A DNA stretch of 64,000 bases. Origin: a virus. Lineage: Duplodnaviria > Caudoviricetes. The notes beneath the pieces are model-generated. The model saw only the letters and a program-made list of their open reading frames with translations, ran no database searches and had not been told where the DNA came from. Of the stretch, positions 31,357 to 42,400 are shown one piece after another (position 1 is the stretch's first letter; every line of letters starts with the position of its first letter). A program made the position numbers and the translations under genes. The stretch spans positions 1 through 64,000 of IMG/VR virus record IMGVR_UViG_3300047159_000056, one strand, 5' to 3'.

Positions 31357-31932
31357 ATGATAGAAAATTATAGAGAAAAGTTCTGGCTACCTGGAATAGA
31401 GTTTATGAGCTTTAATAAATATGCTATTAGTAAATCTGGGAAACTAGTAAACTTTGAATCAATAGTTTATCCTAATGAAAGATCCTCTAAGAAATTTACT
31501 AGAAAGAAACAGCTAAGTAGAAGAAGTTTGCAGGCTAAGATTTTTGATGCCTTAATTAACATAGGATATTTTTCTGGATTAGGAGAAGTAGTAAGAGAAA
31601 TGCCAGTAATCTTAGAGAACAGTAAAAGAGTGGAGGGATTAGATTCAGGTCTATTCATTCTCTTAGATTACTACTTTCCTTCTTTAAAATTGGCTGTGGA
31701 ACTTGATTCGGATCTACATAGCCCAGAAAAAGATAAGATAAGAGACTTGTACCTAGGGAGTAATTTTGGGATAGACGTTTTTAGAATAAAAGATTTTCAG
31801 CTAGAATCAGTTCAGAAGAAAAGATTTCATGAATTAACTGACTTACTGAAAACTAAGACACCAGAACATAATCCTAAACCTCTTAATTTTAGTACAGACT
31901 TAGAAGATTATTTGCGAAAGAGAGGACTTTAG
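31357..31932 (+). CDS. DUF559/Vsr-like endonuclease
   Basis: LDYYFPSLKLAVELDSDLH...DKIRDLYL...GIDVFRI. Confidence 0.75.
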   Translation: MIENYREKFWLPGIEFMSFNKYAISKSGKLVNFESIVYPNERSSKKFTRKKQLSRRSLQAKIFDALINIGYFSGLGEVVREMPVILENSKRVEGLDSGLFILLDYYFPSLKLAVELDSDLHSPEKDKIRDLYLGSNFGIDVFRIKDFQLESVQKKRFHELTDLLKTKTPEHNPKPLNFSTDLEDYLRKRGL

Positions 31933-31979
31933 AACCTTATACTTGATAATGAAAGTGAATATCAATAAACTTTACAATT

Positions 31980-32558
31980 ATGAATATACAAACAGGTTTT
32001 GATGCAGAAAATAGTAGATTAGTTATTTCCTTCAATACTAACTTATTGCTTAAGTATTATCCAAATTTTTATGGTCTCTTGAATAAAGAAACCCAAGTAC
32101 CTAGTGGTTTATCTATTAGTAAATCTGGAAAAAATACTGCCCTTATTACTTTTCCGGTAGGTAAGGGTCAAATAGGTGATAAGGAAAATGATAGAGTATA
32201 TCTAGCTATTGATAAGAATAAGCTAACTAATATTATGAACGTTATTAATAGATTTATAACGGGAGCAATTAGAAAAGAATTAAATACAACAGAATTCTTA
32301 CCTCTTGAAGGATATCCAGAGGGAGATATAAAAACCGATGTTGTAAAAGCAGTTGAAGGTAAACGTAATTTTTGTATAATAGATACATATGAAAATTATC
32401 TTAAACAATGTAAAGACCGTGAGTATAACTACAATCAATATATGGTAGAATACGGAACGGATGAATACTATGATGTGGCAATAATGATAGAAACAGGAGA
32501 ATTTAAAGATCTAGTTGAAAAATATAAATCTAAACTAGATAAAACATCCTGGCTATAA
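31980..32558 (+). CDS. hypothetical protein
   Basis: 192 aa, promoter upstream. Confidence 0.75.
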   Translation: MNIQTGFDAENSRLVISFNTNLLLKYYPNFYGLLNKETQVPSGLSISKSGKNTALITFPVGKGQIGDKENDRVYLAIDKNKLTNIMNVINRFITGAIRKELNTTEFLPLEGYPEGDIKTDVVKAVEGKRNFCIIDTYENYLKQCKDREYNYNQYMVEYGTDEYYDVAIMIETGEFKDLVEKYKSKLDKTSWL

Positions 32559-32570
32559 AAAATAAAAACT

Positions 32571-33149
32571 ATGATAAATATTTCAGAAAATGTAACTGTA
32601 CTGAGCCCGGGTGATAATTTTATAGATTCACCAGACTCATTAAAAATCTATCTTGCTGGTTGTATGTCAGCAATGGAAGGTGACCCATATGATTGGCAAA
32701 GCAAATTTATAGACGGACTAAATAGACTTAGTAATCCATCTAGTCCACAAGCTCTTCTACAATTTAGAGGAAAAAAATTTATAGTTTGTAATCCAAGATC
32801 AAATAAATCGGTCCCTGATAGAACAATGGATAACCCTGAATTTGTAACCTCGCAGAATTGGAAATATGATGCAATGGAATACTGTGACGGAATATTTTGT
32901 AACTTCCTAAAAAAGAGTCAAGATGTTCTACCACTAGTTGAGTTTGGTTATATTATTAGATCTGGAAAGGCCGTTATTAGATGTCCAGAAGCTTATATGA
33001 ATTCTGGCATAATTAAATATAACTGCCAAAGATTTCAGATACCATATTTGCCAGAGGGAAGAGCAGGTGATGTATTATCTATTCTACAAACAATGTTCTC
33101 CTATGTACCAAGATTTCAGCAAGTACAAGGATTAAGTTTGCCAGAATAA
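32571..33149 (+). CDS. nucleoside 2-deoxyribosyltransferase-like protein
   Basis: KIYLAG...DWQ...NPR...QNWKYDAMEYCD...LVEFG. Confidence 0.75.
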   Translation: MINISENVTVLSPGDNFIDSPDSLKIYLAGCMSAMEGDPYDWQSKFIDGLNRLSNPSSPQALLQFRGKKFIVCNPRSNKSVPDRTMDNPEFVTSQNWKYDAMEYCDGIFCNFLKKSQDVLPLVEFGYIIRSGKAVIRCPEAYMNSGIIKYNCQRFQIPYLPEGRAGDVLSILQTMFSYVPRFQQVQGLSLPE

Positions 33150-33156
33150 AAAAAAT

Positions 33157-33194
33157 AAAAGAGAGAAAACAATTTAAAGTTTCTCTCTTTTTTT
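33157..33194. terminator. bidirectional intrinsic terminator
   Basis: AAAAGAGAGAAAAC/GTTTTCTCTCTTTT. Confidence 0.8.
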
Positions 33195-33202
33195 CGCTCT
33201 CC

Positions 33203-34957
33203 CTACATTATTAGAGCGAATAAGATAACTAGTATTGCTAATCCTCCAATGAATGATTGTAAGATATGCATAGTTAAGAATATTGAAAATCTCCCATACT
33301 TAAGATATAGGGAAAAATTGGTTATAATAAAATTCGCAGTAAATAAGAACATCACTCTACTGCCTGATACTAAGGGTAAACTAGAGTACCATATACCAGC
33401 TATTACAGATAGTATAGCTGATAAGAGTCCCATATCAAAATAATCCCTCTTCTTATCACCTAACTTTTCATCACAATTGAACATAACCATACAACCTAAG
33501 GATGAATATATCATGTTGAATATTCCTAAGATTGAAAAGATAAATATGTAATATGGATTTTCTTCACTATTCATAAATGCTAGGAGAGTAATAGTAGATA
33601 AGACCGAGCATATTAAAGTAATCTTCTCTAACTTATTAAACTCTTTTACCCTCTTTGCACCAGTTACTAACATTACTAACCAATCAAGATTATTAGTATA
33701 TTTTCCTAATAGTATTGGCAGGTTCTTCAAGTATTCAGCAAATTCATAATAGTTAACCCCTTTCTTCGTAGTAATATCACACTCATCTCTAGTTGATCCT
33801 AGACTATAACTTATATAACTTTTGCCAGATAAGAATATAGATCTCCTAGATAATTCAAAATTACAAGTATATCCTAGTCTGTTAGCAATATTACCAGAAT
33901 CAACAATAAGAGAACTATCAAGATTTACATAAAACTTTTCTGTAAATTCTTTTATTACATCATATCCACTATTAGAAACTATCTTATCTGTCACTAATCT
34001 TTTCCCTACATAATCTTTTGAATTAGGTCTAGGACAAAAATAGACATCTACTCCACAACTCTTTAAGGCAGTGATTTCATTATATCTCCTTATACTTATA
34101 TCTTCTGGAATAAATCTAATACTACCCAGATATACATAAGAACCTAAGGACATATTATAGACTACAAATGATATAATAGTTCCTCCCTTCTTGGAATATT
34201 CACTTGCTTCTTTATCTAATTTTTCTATAGTCCTATCTAAGAAATCACATCCTTCCTTTTTCTTATCCAAAAAACAATCACGCAAATCTTCTGGAGATCC
34301 CATTATCATTACATCATATCTTCCTTCTTTGTCAGATGGAAAATCACCAATAAGAAATGAACCTCTCTTTCTATCGTACTGATAAGAATTCCAACTCATC
34401 TTACCTGGAATACTTCTTAAAATATCTAATAAGACATCTCGGTAATTTTCATCTGGATATAATTTTTTTGATGCTAAGTATACATAATGAAGCATCCTAG
34501 TCTCTTCTATTCCACCACAAAGGGAATTATATACAGTATCATTAGTTAGTGTTGCACTACAATTAGCATCTGTATTTATCAAGTAGTAGTATGCAGTTAT
34601 CGCTTCTAAGAAACATCTATTTGCATATATATCAGAATTACTAAACTCTACACTACACTTATCAATATCTCTAAGGTAAGCATCTTCATCTAAGAGAAAA
34701 TATTTAGTATCTCCTACTATGTCATAACTCTTTTCTAGATCTTTAAAAACAGCATTAAATATTCTGCCATCTTTTTTTATCATGATCTTTTTAAATATTT
34801 CCGATCTATATAATAACGAAAATATTAAGCTAACCAAGACCATACTTGTTACTACTATTTCATTACCTAAGCATGTAGTCCAGATAGCTATAATAACAAA
34901 TATTAAGATCTCCGGAAAAATATTTATCTTTCCTAAACTATTATTATTAGTGCTCAT
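33203..34957 (-). CDS. degenerate P-type ATPase-like protein, P/N/C-terminal membrane part
   Basis: TM pattern; MGSPE (~KGAPE), YLGSIRF, ALKSCGVDVY; no DKTGT. Confidence 0.55.
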   Translation of the reverse strand: MSTNNNSLGKINIFPEILIFVIIAIWTTCLGNEIVVTSMVLVSLIFSLLYRSEIFKKIMIKKDGRIFNAVFKDLEKSYDIVGDTKYFLLDEDAYLRDIDKCSVEFSNSDIYANRCFLEAITAYYYLINTDANCSATLTNDTVYNSLCGGIEETRMLHYVYLASKKLYPDENYRDVLLDILRSIPGKMSWNSYQYDRKRGSFLIGDFPSDKEGRYDVMIMGSPEDLRDCFLDKKKEGCDFLDRTIEKLDKEASEYSKKGGTIISFVVYNMSLGSYVYLGSIRFIPEDISIRRYNEITALKSCGVDVYFCPRPNSKDYVGKRLVTDKIVSNSGYDVIKEFTEKFYVNLDSSLIVDSGNIANRLGYTCNFELSRRSIFLSGKSYISYSLGSTRDECDITTKKGVNYYEFAEYLKNLPILLGKYTNNLDWLVMLVTGAKRVKEFNKLEKITLICSVLSTITLLAFMNSEENPYYIFIFSILGIFNMIYSSLGCMVMFNCDEKLGDKKRDYFDMGLLSAILSVIAGIWYSSLPLVSGSRVMFLFTANFIITNFSLYLKYGRFSIFLTMHILQSFIGGLAILVILFALIM

Positions 34958-35663
34958 AATTATCCTCTCCTTCTTTAAAAAATTGAGTATATAAGTAACA
35001 ATACTCTCCTGTTCTAACTACTCTTCCAATTATATAATTTCCTTTATCTGTACTGGTAAATTCAAGATAAGTTCCAGCAAATAACATCTCTCTATATTTT
35101 ATTCTAGATGGATCATTACTAGTAGAATAAGAAATAGTAATTGGATGATTTAAGCATACGGGATTAGCATGTTTTGTTATATTAGCCAAGTTTATAGATC
35201 CTAAGAGTGTTTCATCTATAAAATAATCACACCTATTTCCACTAGTAGGATCTTGTGATATTTCTCCAATTATAATATCTGCTGGAATAGTCCAAACACT
35301 TCTACTGGCATCTAATTTCAATAAGTCACCAGTACGCAGATTTTCCCAAGGTACTTCTATCCATTCTCCATCCTTACTAATTTTATATGTTGTTCCTTCA
35401 TCTGGTCTAGGCCAAAATTCCTTACCTGACTTCATATTAGAATCAGTAACCTTGTAATATAATAACCTAAATACTAAGACAAAGGCTACAAATATACAAA
35501 TGCTTAAGAGAATTATTAAGAGACTATTAACTTTCCAATCAATAAGACTCACTAAAATTGGTCCTAAGATAACTCCAGAACAAGGGGCTGCGGCTATTAA
35601 AACTTTTATTAAAACTCCTTTAAATTTTTCTTTGCTACTTTCCATTTTTATTTTCTTTTTCAT
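34947..35663 (-). CDS. P-type ATPase N-terminal TM + actuator domain
   Basis: VPWENLRTGDLL, IPADII, IDETLLG, MLFAGT, GRVVRTG. Confidence 0.75.
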   Translation of the reverse strand: MKKKIKMESSKEKFKGVLIKVLIAAAPCSGVILGPILVSLIDWKVNSLLIILLSICIFVAFVLVFRLLYYKVTDSNMKSGKEFWPRPDEGTTYKISKDGEWIEVPWENLRTGDLLKLDASRSVWTIPADIIIGEISQDPTSGNRCDYFIDETLLGSINLANITKHANPVCLNHPITISYSTSNDPSRIKYREMLFAGTYLEFTSTDKGNYIIGRVVRTGEYCYLYTQFFKEGEDNYEH

Positions 35664-35717
35664 TTAAAATAAGGAATGGAATGGAATCCTTAATTATGAT
35701 ATAAAAATTTAAAAACT

Positions 35718-37304
35718 ATGGAAGAGAAAATCTTAATAGAAAATTCAAAATTAGTGATTAAAAAAATTATTAGTGGACCAAATACAAGTGGTTCTACAAA
35801 TTCCCCGGATATTATTGTTAAGCTAGATCTTGACAATATACAGGATATTAGTAGACCTTGTGTTGTGGCAACTTTTAAACATGAGAAAGACGGAACAATT
35901 AGAGACATCCTAAATGCTAGTTCTAAGTTTGCAGAGATTGGAAGTACTGGTATAGAATTTCGCTGTGACTTTGTAGGAGATGAGTTTTGGGTTCTTGAAA
36001 AATCTAAGAAACTAGAAAAGAATCCTCAACAATATTCTAATCATGATATAGCCGTAATAGCAGAAATGATTAAGACACTATACAATCCAAAGAACATAAC
36101 TAAGTGTGAAACCTTAGTCAGAGCCCTTGGAATAGATGACTTAACTGATGCTTTCTATAAGACACCAATGTTCTTTATTAATAGAGCAGATAATTCTTTT
36201 GGAGAAATACTGAAGAATATCCTAGTTGATTCTATTAGTAAAGATGATAAAGAGATTAAGAGAAATAAAACCTTCTTAAATAGAGAAACCTATAGTAGAA
36301 GTAGATATTCTGTTTATCACTTAATGAAAGACATTGTAGAGGATGGCGCCAGTATTATGATTAGCAAAGATCTAACTGGTGAATATAATAAAATCAGTAA
36401 GTCAGGAACACAAGGTTGGAAATTTGCTGCTACCTGGATGAAAGTTATAAACCTCCTAGGTAACAGAGAAAGAGCCAATATGAGTTTTAAATGTTCCTAT
36501 TCTGTTACAATAAAAGTACCGGAGAATAAAAAACTTGGTGTTGCAGCAGATGAGAGAGAACTAAACACAATTATCAACCTGAATATTATAAAGGATGGAT
36601 TGGTAAATATTGATAGCATTGGAATAAAAGGATCTAAAGAATTTATACAGAAACTAAAGAGAAAACATATAGTGGAATTCAATATCTTATATGAGAATGA
36701 AGTCCTGGTTGATCTCAAGAAGCTTCCAATTATTAGTAGATCCGATATTAGAAGACCTAGTATACAATTGCTAAGCGAACTGGTAAAAAATATAGAACTG
36801 TCAAGAATAGCCGCTAAGTTTTATGAATTAACTAAGCCGGCACCTAAGAAGACGGCCAAAGAAAAATACCTGGAAAGTCTTGGTATATATGGTAGCTGGT
36901 ATTTTAAGAAACAACAACCAGCAGTTCCAGCAACATATACTTATAATGCAACAACACTATGCTCGAACAACTCCCTCAAGTCTATTTCAACTGCAGATAT
37001 CTCAAAGTATACCAAAGGAATTAGAACTGCACAAATAAAAACAATATCTAATTTCCTGGATAATCTTTGCAGAATAAATCCAGAAAGGGAATATAAACTC
37101 TGGAGTGAAAAACATGAGGACTTAGTTCAAGATTATAGGAAGTATGTATTTGAGTTGATCCTTGGAAAAAATCTGAAACTTAAAGATATTAGAAAAAATA
37201 AAAATATCAAGATAGAGGGTTTATCCACATATGTTAGAGACTATAGAATAACTAACTATGTCAAGGTAAACTGGAATATAAAGGTTAAATCAATTGAAGT
37301 TTAA
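35718..37304 (+). CDS. large hypothetical protein
   Basis: 528 aa with promoter and terminator. Confidence 0.8.
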   Translation: MEEKILIENSKLVIKKIISGPNTSGSTNSPDIIVKLDLDNIQDISRPCVVATFKHEKDGTIRDILNASSKFAEIGSTGIEFRCDFVGDEFWVLEKSKKLEKNPQQYSNHDIAVIAEMIKTLYNPKNITKCETLVRALGIDDLTDAFYKTPMFFINRADNSFGEILKNILVDSISKDDKEIKRNKTFLNRETYSRSRYSVYHLMKDIVEDGASIMISKDLTGEYNKISKSGTQGWKFAATWMKVINLLGNRERANMSFKCSYSVTIKVPENKKLGVAADERELNTIINLNIIKDGLVNIDSIGIKGSKEFIQKLKRKHIVEFNILYENEVLVDLKKLPIISRSDIRRPSIQLLSELVKNIELSRIAAKFYELTKPAPKKTAKEKYLESLGIYGSWYFKKQQPAVPATYTYNATTLCSNNSLKSISTADISKYTKGIRTAQIKTISNFLDNLCRINPEREYKLWSEKHEDLVQDYRKYVFELILGKNLKLKDIRKNKNIKIEGLSTYVRDYRITNYVKVNWNIKVKSIEV

Positions 37305-37359
37305 AAATATAAATAGAAAGTAGGGAGAAAAACTCTACTTTCTTTTCCTTATTCTTGAT

Positions 37360-38259
37360 ATGAAAACATTTAAAGACGTAGAAGTTGGAGATAAAATTTA
37401 TATAGCAATAAAAGGAGTGTTTGGCAGAATTCCTAGTAGATATATAATACAGGATGATCTTATTCTTGAAACAGCAAAAGTGAAAAAAATATTAGATGAC
37501 AAAAGAACACTCATTATCGAACATGGAAAAGAACAGGTAGAAGTAGAAAACCCTATTATCTTAGGACATATTAACTTAAGAAATAGTGTACATTATGCTA
37601 TGCCTTTTGATACTATTATTGATGGCAAGCCTATTTCTTGTAATCTGGTAGCTTGTTCTTGTGCTGAATCATTTATAAAATATGTGATAAATGAAAACAT
37701 AGAATCATTAGCTTCTAGAAGTAGAGATATTATGGACTATACCTTTTCTAAATATAATCCAGTAAAAGAAAATATAGACCAGCTAATAGATACAATGCTA
37801 AAAATACCTAGTTCAAATGATAAGCTAAAAGTAGGAGATACTGTTTATGGATTTCTTACAGTAACAGTATACTCAACAAATGAACCTATACAAAGTCTAA
37901 TTGATGTTGTTCCTGTAAATCTAGAAATAATAGATATCTTGGATGAAAATGGATCAGAATATAAGTTATTGGGAAAAGATAGTAATGGTGCAACTTATGA
38001 AGGAACAGCTTGGAGACCAAATCTAAGTGTATATGGTATGTGTTCTTTTGTTGGATCTGAGCTGGAAAAATTTAATGCTATTTGTATTAATTCGGAAGGG
38101 GCAGTAAAATATCTTAGATGCCTTTTATCAACTAATATACCTGGAGCCTATCAAAGACAATTAGATAGCTTTGATTCTAGGAATGAGATAAGAAAATGCA
38201 TTGAACTAATAGATGGACTAGAAAAATTAAAGGAAAAATATGAGAAGGAAACTATTTAA
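37360..38259 (+). CDS. hypothetical protein with two (L)KVGDTVY modules
   Basis: Paralog of 38240-39145. Confidence 0.78.
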   Translation: MKTFKDVEVGDKIYIAIKGVFGRIPSRYIIQDDLILETAKVKKILDDKRTLIIEHGKEQVEVENPIILGHINLRNSVHYAMPFDTIIDGKPISCNLVACSCAESFIKYVINENIESLASRSRDIMDYTFSKYNPVKENIDQLIDTMLKIPSSNDKLKVGDTVYGFLTVTVYSTNEPIQSLIDVVPVNLEIIDILDENGSEYKLLGKDSNGATYEGTAWRPNLSVYGMCSFVGSELEKFNAICINSEGAVKYLRCLLSTNIPGAYQRQLDSFDSRNEIRKCIELIDGLEKLKEKYEKETI

Positions 38260-39145
38260 GGACATTAAAGCGGGAGATACTATTTATGCCTCAATCGGTT
38301 GTAAAGAATCATCAAAGTTAGTTGCACTATATAACCTGGAAAGACTTCACTGGAAAATGACAGTTAAAGAGACATGCCCAAATAAATATAGCGACATGAA
38401 AATAAATATAGTTCTAGAATATCCTAAGGAACTAAAAAAAGAAGTTACAATTCTAGACTTATATCAGAAGGATTATACAGCAGATAGACAAGTACTAATG
38501 ACGATAAATAGTGGAAGTAACTTGGATTTTAATATTAGATTCTGCACTGATCCTCATGATTTTGCCAATGAACTATTAAAGACTGAACTAGATGAAACCT
38601 GTGAAGCCTATAAAAAATGGTTAGACGATAAACTGGGATGGCCTATACTTCAAAAATCTATAATAGACAGTTCAATAGATAAATTATTAGCTTTTCCTAG
38701 TAGTGATAAGAAATACTATGACCTAAAAGTTGGAGATACTGTTTATGGAGTTAAGAATGAAGTAATAACAGATGGACATCTTTCTTTAACTGGATATGAA
38801 GAGGTTGAGATAAAAGTAAAATTAATTACAGATAAAATCTTTGAACTAGAATATTTTGACTGTAATACTGAAAGATTAATCTCTAGTTATTTCAAAGCGG
38901 ATGATAGTAATAGATTAGAAGAAATTACAGGTCCAGAAAATACATTCCCTAAATTTTATGATATTAGAAAAGTATATATAAACCCAAAAGATATGATAGG
39001 GAATCTTTTAAAGGATATAAGAGAAGAATTTAGTAGATCATATGTAGCTACACATTTTTATGACTTACAAGAAAAACTCTTAGGATATATGAGCTTAGTT
39101 AGGAAAATAGAAAATGAGATAGATAATTATAATCAGGCAATATGA
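38240..39145 (+). CDS. hypothetical protein, paralog of the preceding gene
   Basis: FKDIKAGDTIY...LKVGDTVYG. Confidence 0.78.
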   Translation: MRRKLFKDIKAGDTIYASIGCKESSKLVALYNLERLHWKMTVKETCPNKYSDMKINIVLEYPKELKKEVTILDLYQKDYTADRQVLMTINSGSNLDFNIRFCTDPHDFANELLKTELDETCEAYKKWLDDKLGWPILQKSIIDSSIDKLLAFPSSDKKYYDLKVGDTVYGVKNEVITDGHLSLTGYEEVEIKVKLITDKIFELEYFDCNTERLISSYFKADDSNRLEEITGPENTFPKFYDIRKVYINPKDMIGNLLKDIREEFSRSYVATHFYDLQEKLLGYMSLVRKIENEIDNYNQAI

Positions 39146-39762
39146 TAAACTATATAATTGGAGATATATTTAATTCTGGAATGCAAACTATAGTAAATCC
39201 AGTAAATACACAAGGAGTAATGGGATCTGGTCTAGCATTATATTTCAGAATCTTATTACCAGGAATGTACAAAGATTATAGAGAAATTTGTAAGAAAAAA
39301 CTCCTAAAACCTGGTACACTCTGGTTATATAATTATGCTAAGAGATGGAGAGTACTATGCTTCCCTACTAAAGAAAGTTGGATGTCCTCTAGTAGCTATA
39401 CCATAATTGAACAAGGGCTACAAAAATTTATTAGTACCTATAAAGAAAAAGGAATAACTAGTGTAGCCTTTCCAATCCTAGGTGCTGGTCTGGGAAAACT
39501 AGATAATAAAACAGTCCTGGGAATTATGAGAAGATACCTGGAACCACTAGATATACCAGTAGAAATTTGGTCACATAGGAAAGGAGATGGAGACTTTATC
39601 TTGGAGGAAATAAAAAAGAGAAGCGATCCTAGAAAACCTATATACCAAGACTACTGTAAGTTCACTAGAATAAGAGACTATGTTGAATCAATTCCAGATA
39701 TGACGAAAGATGAAATGTACGAGGATATAGGACATTACTTGGAATTTGATACGAAAAAATAA
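39142..39762 (+). CDS. macrodomain protein (DarG/TARG1-like ADP-ribose glycohydrolase)
   Basis: GDIF..IVNPVNTQGVMGSGLA..FPTK..SVAFPILGAGLGKLD. Confidence 0.9.
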   Translation: MINYIIGDIFNSGMQTIVNPVNTQGVMGSGLALYFRILLPGMYKDYREICKKKLLKPGTLWLYNYAKRWRVLCFPTKESWMSSSSYTIIEQGLQKFISTYKEKGITSVAFPILGAGLGKLDNKTVLGIMRRYLEPLDIPVEIWSHRKGDGDFILEEIKKRSDPRKPIYQDYCKFTRIRDYVESIPDMTKDEMYEDIGHYLEFDTKK

Positions 39763-39808
39763 AATAAAAGAGTAGATTTTAATTTCTACTCTTTCTTTTT
39801 TTTTCATC

Positions 39809-40090
39809 TCATCCTTGGTTATTAATGAGATATTCAAACTTATATTTTCTACAAGCCCTATGTAGGTTTTTTCTAGTGTCCCTTAATTTTCTTAGACGAC
39901 CTATAATAGAACATAATGCATCCGAATCTAAGAACTCTCTATTCAGTTTTAGGTTAGACACAATTAGTTTAACTTCAAGGTCAGTCTTAGAGACCCTACT
40001 TGCTGCATTCATCCATCTTCTCTTGTAATAAGATGCTCTCTTGTTCTTAATTTCTCTCATAAGTTTTTTATTTTTTAAAGGGGAAGACAC
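39809..40090 (-). CDS. basic hypothetical protein
   Basis: 93 aa, K/R-rich. Confidence 0.6.
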   Translation of the reverse strand: MSSPLKNKKLMREIKNKRASYYKRRWMNAASRVSKTDLEVKLIVSNLKLNREFLDSDALCSIIGRLRKLRDTRKNLHRACRKYKFEYLINNQG

Positions 40091-40114
40091 TATTATCCTC
40101 CCCTCCTATTTTTA

Positions 40115-40786
40115 TTACATATCAAAAGACTGCCACTCTAATCTCTTAATAGCACGATTCATATCAGAGTTCTTTGTTCTTCCATTAAACGTAATAGAAC
40201 TACAACTCTCTGGAACCGGCATAGGATTAGATAAGCAAATATCAAGATTATTGTATACTGCATCTGGAACCATCGTAATAGATTCCCCTTCTTTGTCACC
40301 CTCTAACTTATAAACTATAAAGTGATTCAAATCTAAAAGTACATCTATATAACGACCTGGATAAAAATGATAACACTTCCATCTAAGATCATCACGAAGA
40401 TTAACTATAATAGACTTCTGAATGTTATTATCACTACCCATCTCTAAGGCAGGAAATAATTCAGGACCTCTACCATAAATAACCGGATTCTCCTTTCTCA
40501 AGAATCCCTCAAGATACACTTTACTCTTCTCTTCAATATTCTCTCTACTGTGATCAAGAATAGTAGACATAACATCTATACTTCTCATATTCTTCTCAGT
40601 AGCCGAGAAATCTGAACTCTTAGTAATCTCACTTATTTTTTCTAAAGATACTAAGGGAATACATTTTTTACTAAGACCAGGACTAGTAATCTGATATAAA
40701 TAAACAGACGTACCTAGACCTTGATTGTTAAGAAACATTGGATAATAGTTACCAAGTAAACTACACTTCATGCAATATTTTCTCAT
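40115..40786 (-). CDS. hypothetical protein
   Basis: 223 aa, ATGA-coupled to infA. Confidence 0.75.
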   Translation of the reverse strand: MRKYCMKCSLLGNYYPMFLNNQGLGTSVYLYQITSPGLSKKCIPLVSLEKISEITKSSDFSATEKNMRSIDVMSTILDHSRENIEEKSKVYLEGFLRKENPVIYGRGPELFPALEMGSDNNIQKSIIVNLRDDLRWKCYHFYPGRYIDVLLDLNHFIVYKLEGDKEGESITMVPDAVYNNLDICLSNPMPVPESCSSITFNGRTKNSDMNRAIKRLEWQSFDM

Positions 40787-41070
40787 TTCTTCTTTTTGTT
40801 ATTTTTGTTATTACTATTAGATGAACTTAATACAGGTCTATTCGAAGCAGTAATCCTTTGAAAAATTCTACCCTTCGTAAGATCATAAGGACTCATCTCT
40901 ATCTTAACTCTATCTCCAGCCATAATCTTAATGTAATTCTTCCTGATCTTACCAGAAATTGTACATAAGATTAAACTGTCATTATTTACATTGTCTAAGG
41001 CTACCCTAAACATAGAATTTCCTAGCTCTTGTTTAACAGTTCCCTCAAATTGAAGACTCTCTTGTTTCAT
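40783..41070 (-). CDS. infA: translation initiation factor IF-1
   Basis: [48 protein letters not shown]. Confidence 0.95.
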   Translation of the reverse strand: MKQESLQFEGTVKQELGNSMFRVALDNVNNDSLILCTISGKIRKNYIKIMAGDRVKIEMSPYDLTKGRIFQRITASNRPVLSSSNSNNKNNKKKK

Positions 41071-41108
41071 TTTCTCTTTCTTTACATATATAAGAATTTA
41101 GTAAGCTT

Positions 41109-41528
41109 CTAATCGTCAATTTGTACCTTTATTCGCTTCTTTACACTGTTAAATCGAATCTTTGTTCCTCCTAAGAGCTCCCTTACACGATCTAAATCCT
41201 CCTTTAGGTACTTATTGGAATTCTCAAACTTGGTAAGAGATATCAATTCAACCGTAGCTAAACTAAACCTCCTCTTGACACCATCAGCATCTTTCAAAGA
41301 CTTACAAATAAATAGATGACCACCAGTAATCTTCTGTATATCGGAAAATTCTGGCAACTTACTACTCTCCATATTAAACCGAATTTCTACATACTGCTCA
41401 AAAGACTTACAAACCTCTTTCTCAGATTCTGGCGTCCTCTTTAACTCTATGTAGTCATTCTCATAATACCTGAGAGTCTCATTAACTTTTCTAACAATCT
41501 CCTTTATTGTATTCTCTATACCGCTCAT
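41109..41528 (-). CDS. hypothetical protein
   Basis: 139 aa, promoter upstream. Confidence 0.7.
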   Translation of the reverse strand: MSGIENTIKEIVRKVNETLRYYENDYIELKRTPESEKEVCKSFEQYVEIRFNMESSKLPEFSDIQKITGGHLFICKSLKDADGVKRRFSLATVELISLTKFENSNKYLKEDLDRVRELLGGTKIRFNSVKKRIKVQIDD

Positions 41529-41606
41529 ATATTTCTTTAAAATTTCAATTATAAGGAATTCACTCCAAATCCTTATCTAAAAGAAGCAATTCAAAATAAT
41601 AAAAAA

Positions 41607-42047
41607 ATGGAACAAAAAGAAAATTTTAAAACAGTGGTAAAAGACTACTGGGAAAAAAGTAATTTCTGGAGGAGCTTGATAAAAAATATAGCCCTCCTAG
41701 TAGTATTCTTATATAAGATGGTAAGAGTACTAATGTTAAAAATTAAAGCAAAAATAGTTAAATATCCTATACCTTTTTTGATAGGATGTGTAACAATTTT
41801 GATCCTAACAAACATATATACTTTTGTAAAATGGAAAGTCGGAGAGAAAAATGAGGATCAAACTTCCTATATAATTAAAACTAAAATCGATTCCGCAAGG
41901 ATCAATGCCTATAGCGAGGGTTATGAAGACGGTAAAAAAATAAAACCAATAGTAATCCCCAAAGTAGAAGAGGAAAAACCAATTCCTAAGAAAATATTTA
42001 GGAAGAAAGATAAAATAGGAAGCGAAGAAAAGAAAGACTCAGTTTAA
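41607..42047 (+). CDS. membrane protein
   Basis: Two hydrophobic segments. Confidence 0.7.
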   Translation: MEQKENFKTVVKDYWEKSNFWRSLIKNIALLVVFLYKMVRVLMLKIKAKIVKYPIPFLIGCVTILILTNIYTFVKWKVGEKNEDQTSYIIKTKIDSARINAYSEGYEDGKKIKPIVIPKVEEEKPIPKKIFRKKDKIGSEEKKDSV

Positions 42048-42193
42048 CGATGTTTCTTTTTACTATATGTTTTTTAGTTGGAGAAGAGGAATCTAATAAT
42101 GGTTCCCTTCTTTTTCCTTCCAAAAACTATATAAAACCCTTATTAATGAAAAGGAAGATAATAATGTCTTTCCTTAATTTAAAAGATAGAAAA

Positions 42194-42301
42194 ATGATTA
42201 AAAAAATTAAAAGATTCTTTTTTACAGCAAAAAAGAACTGTAGAACTGAAAAAGAATTAAGAGAAAACGGGATTTGGGTTAATGACCTGAATCAATTCTA
42301 A
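42194..42301 (+). CDS. 35-aa protein
   Basis: ATG after the leader hairpin; terminator follows. Confidence 0.55.
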   Translation: MIKKIKRFFFTAKKNCRTEKELRENGIWVNDLNQF

Positions 42302-42400
42302 ATAAGACAGAGGAAATAAAAATCCTCTGTTCTTTTTTTTTCACCTAGAACCCTTATATATGAAAGATAATAGTGTCTTTCGTTAATTTAAAAATAAAAT

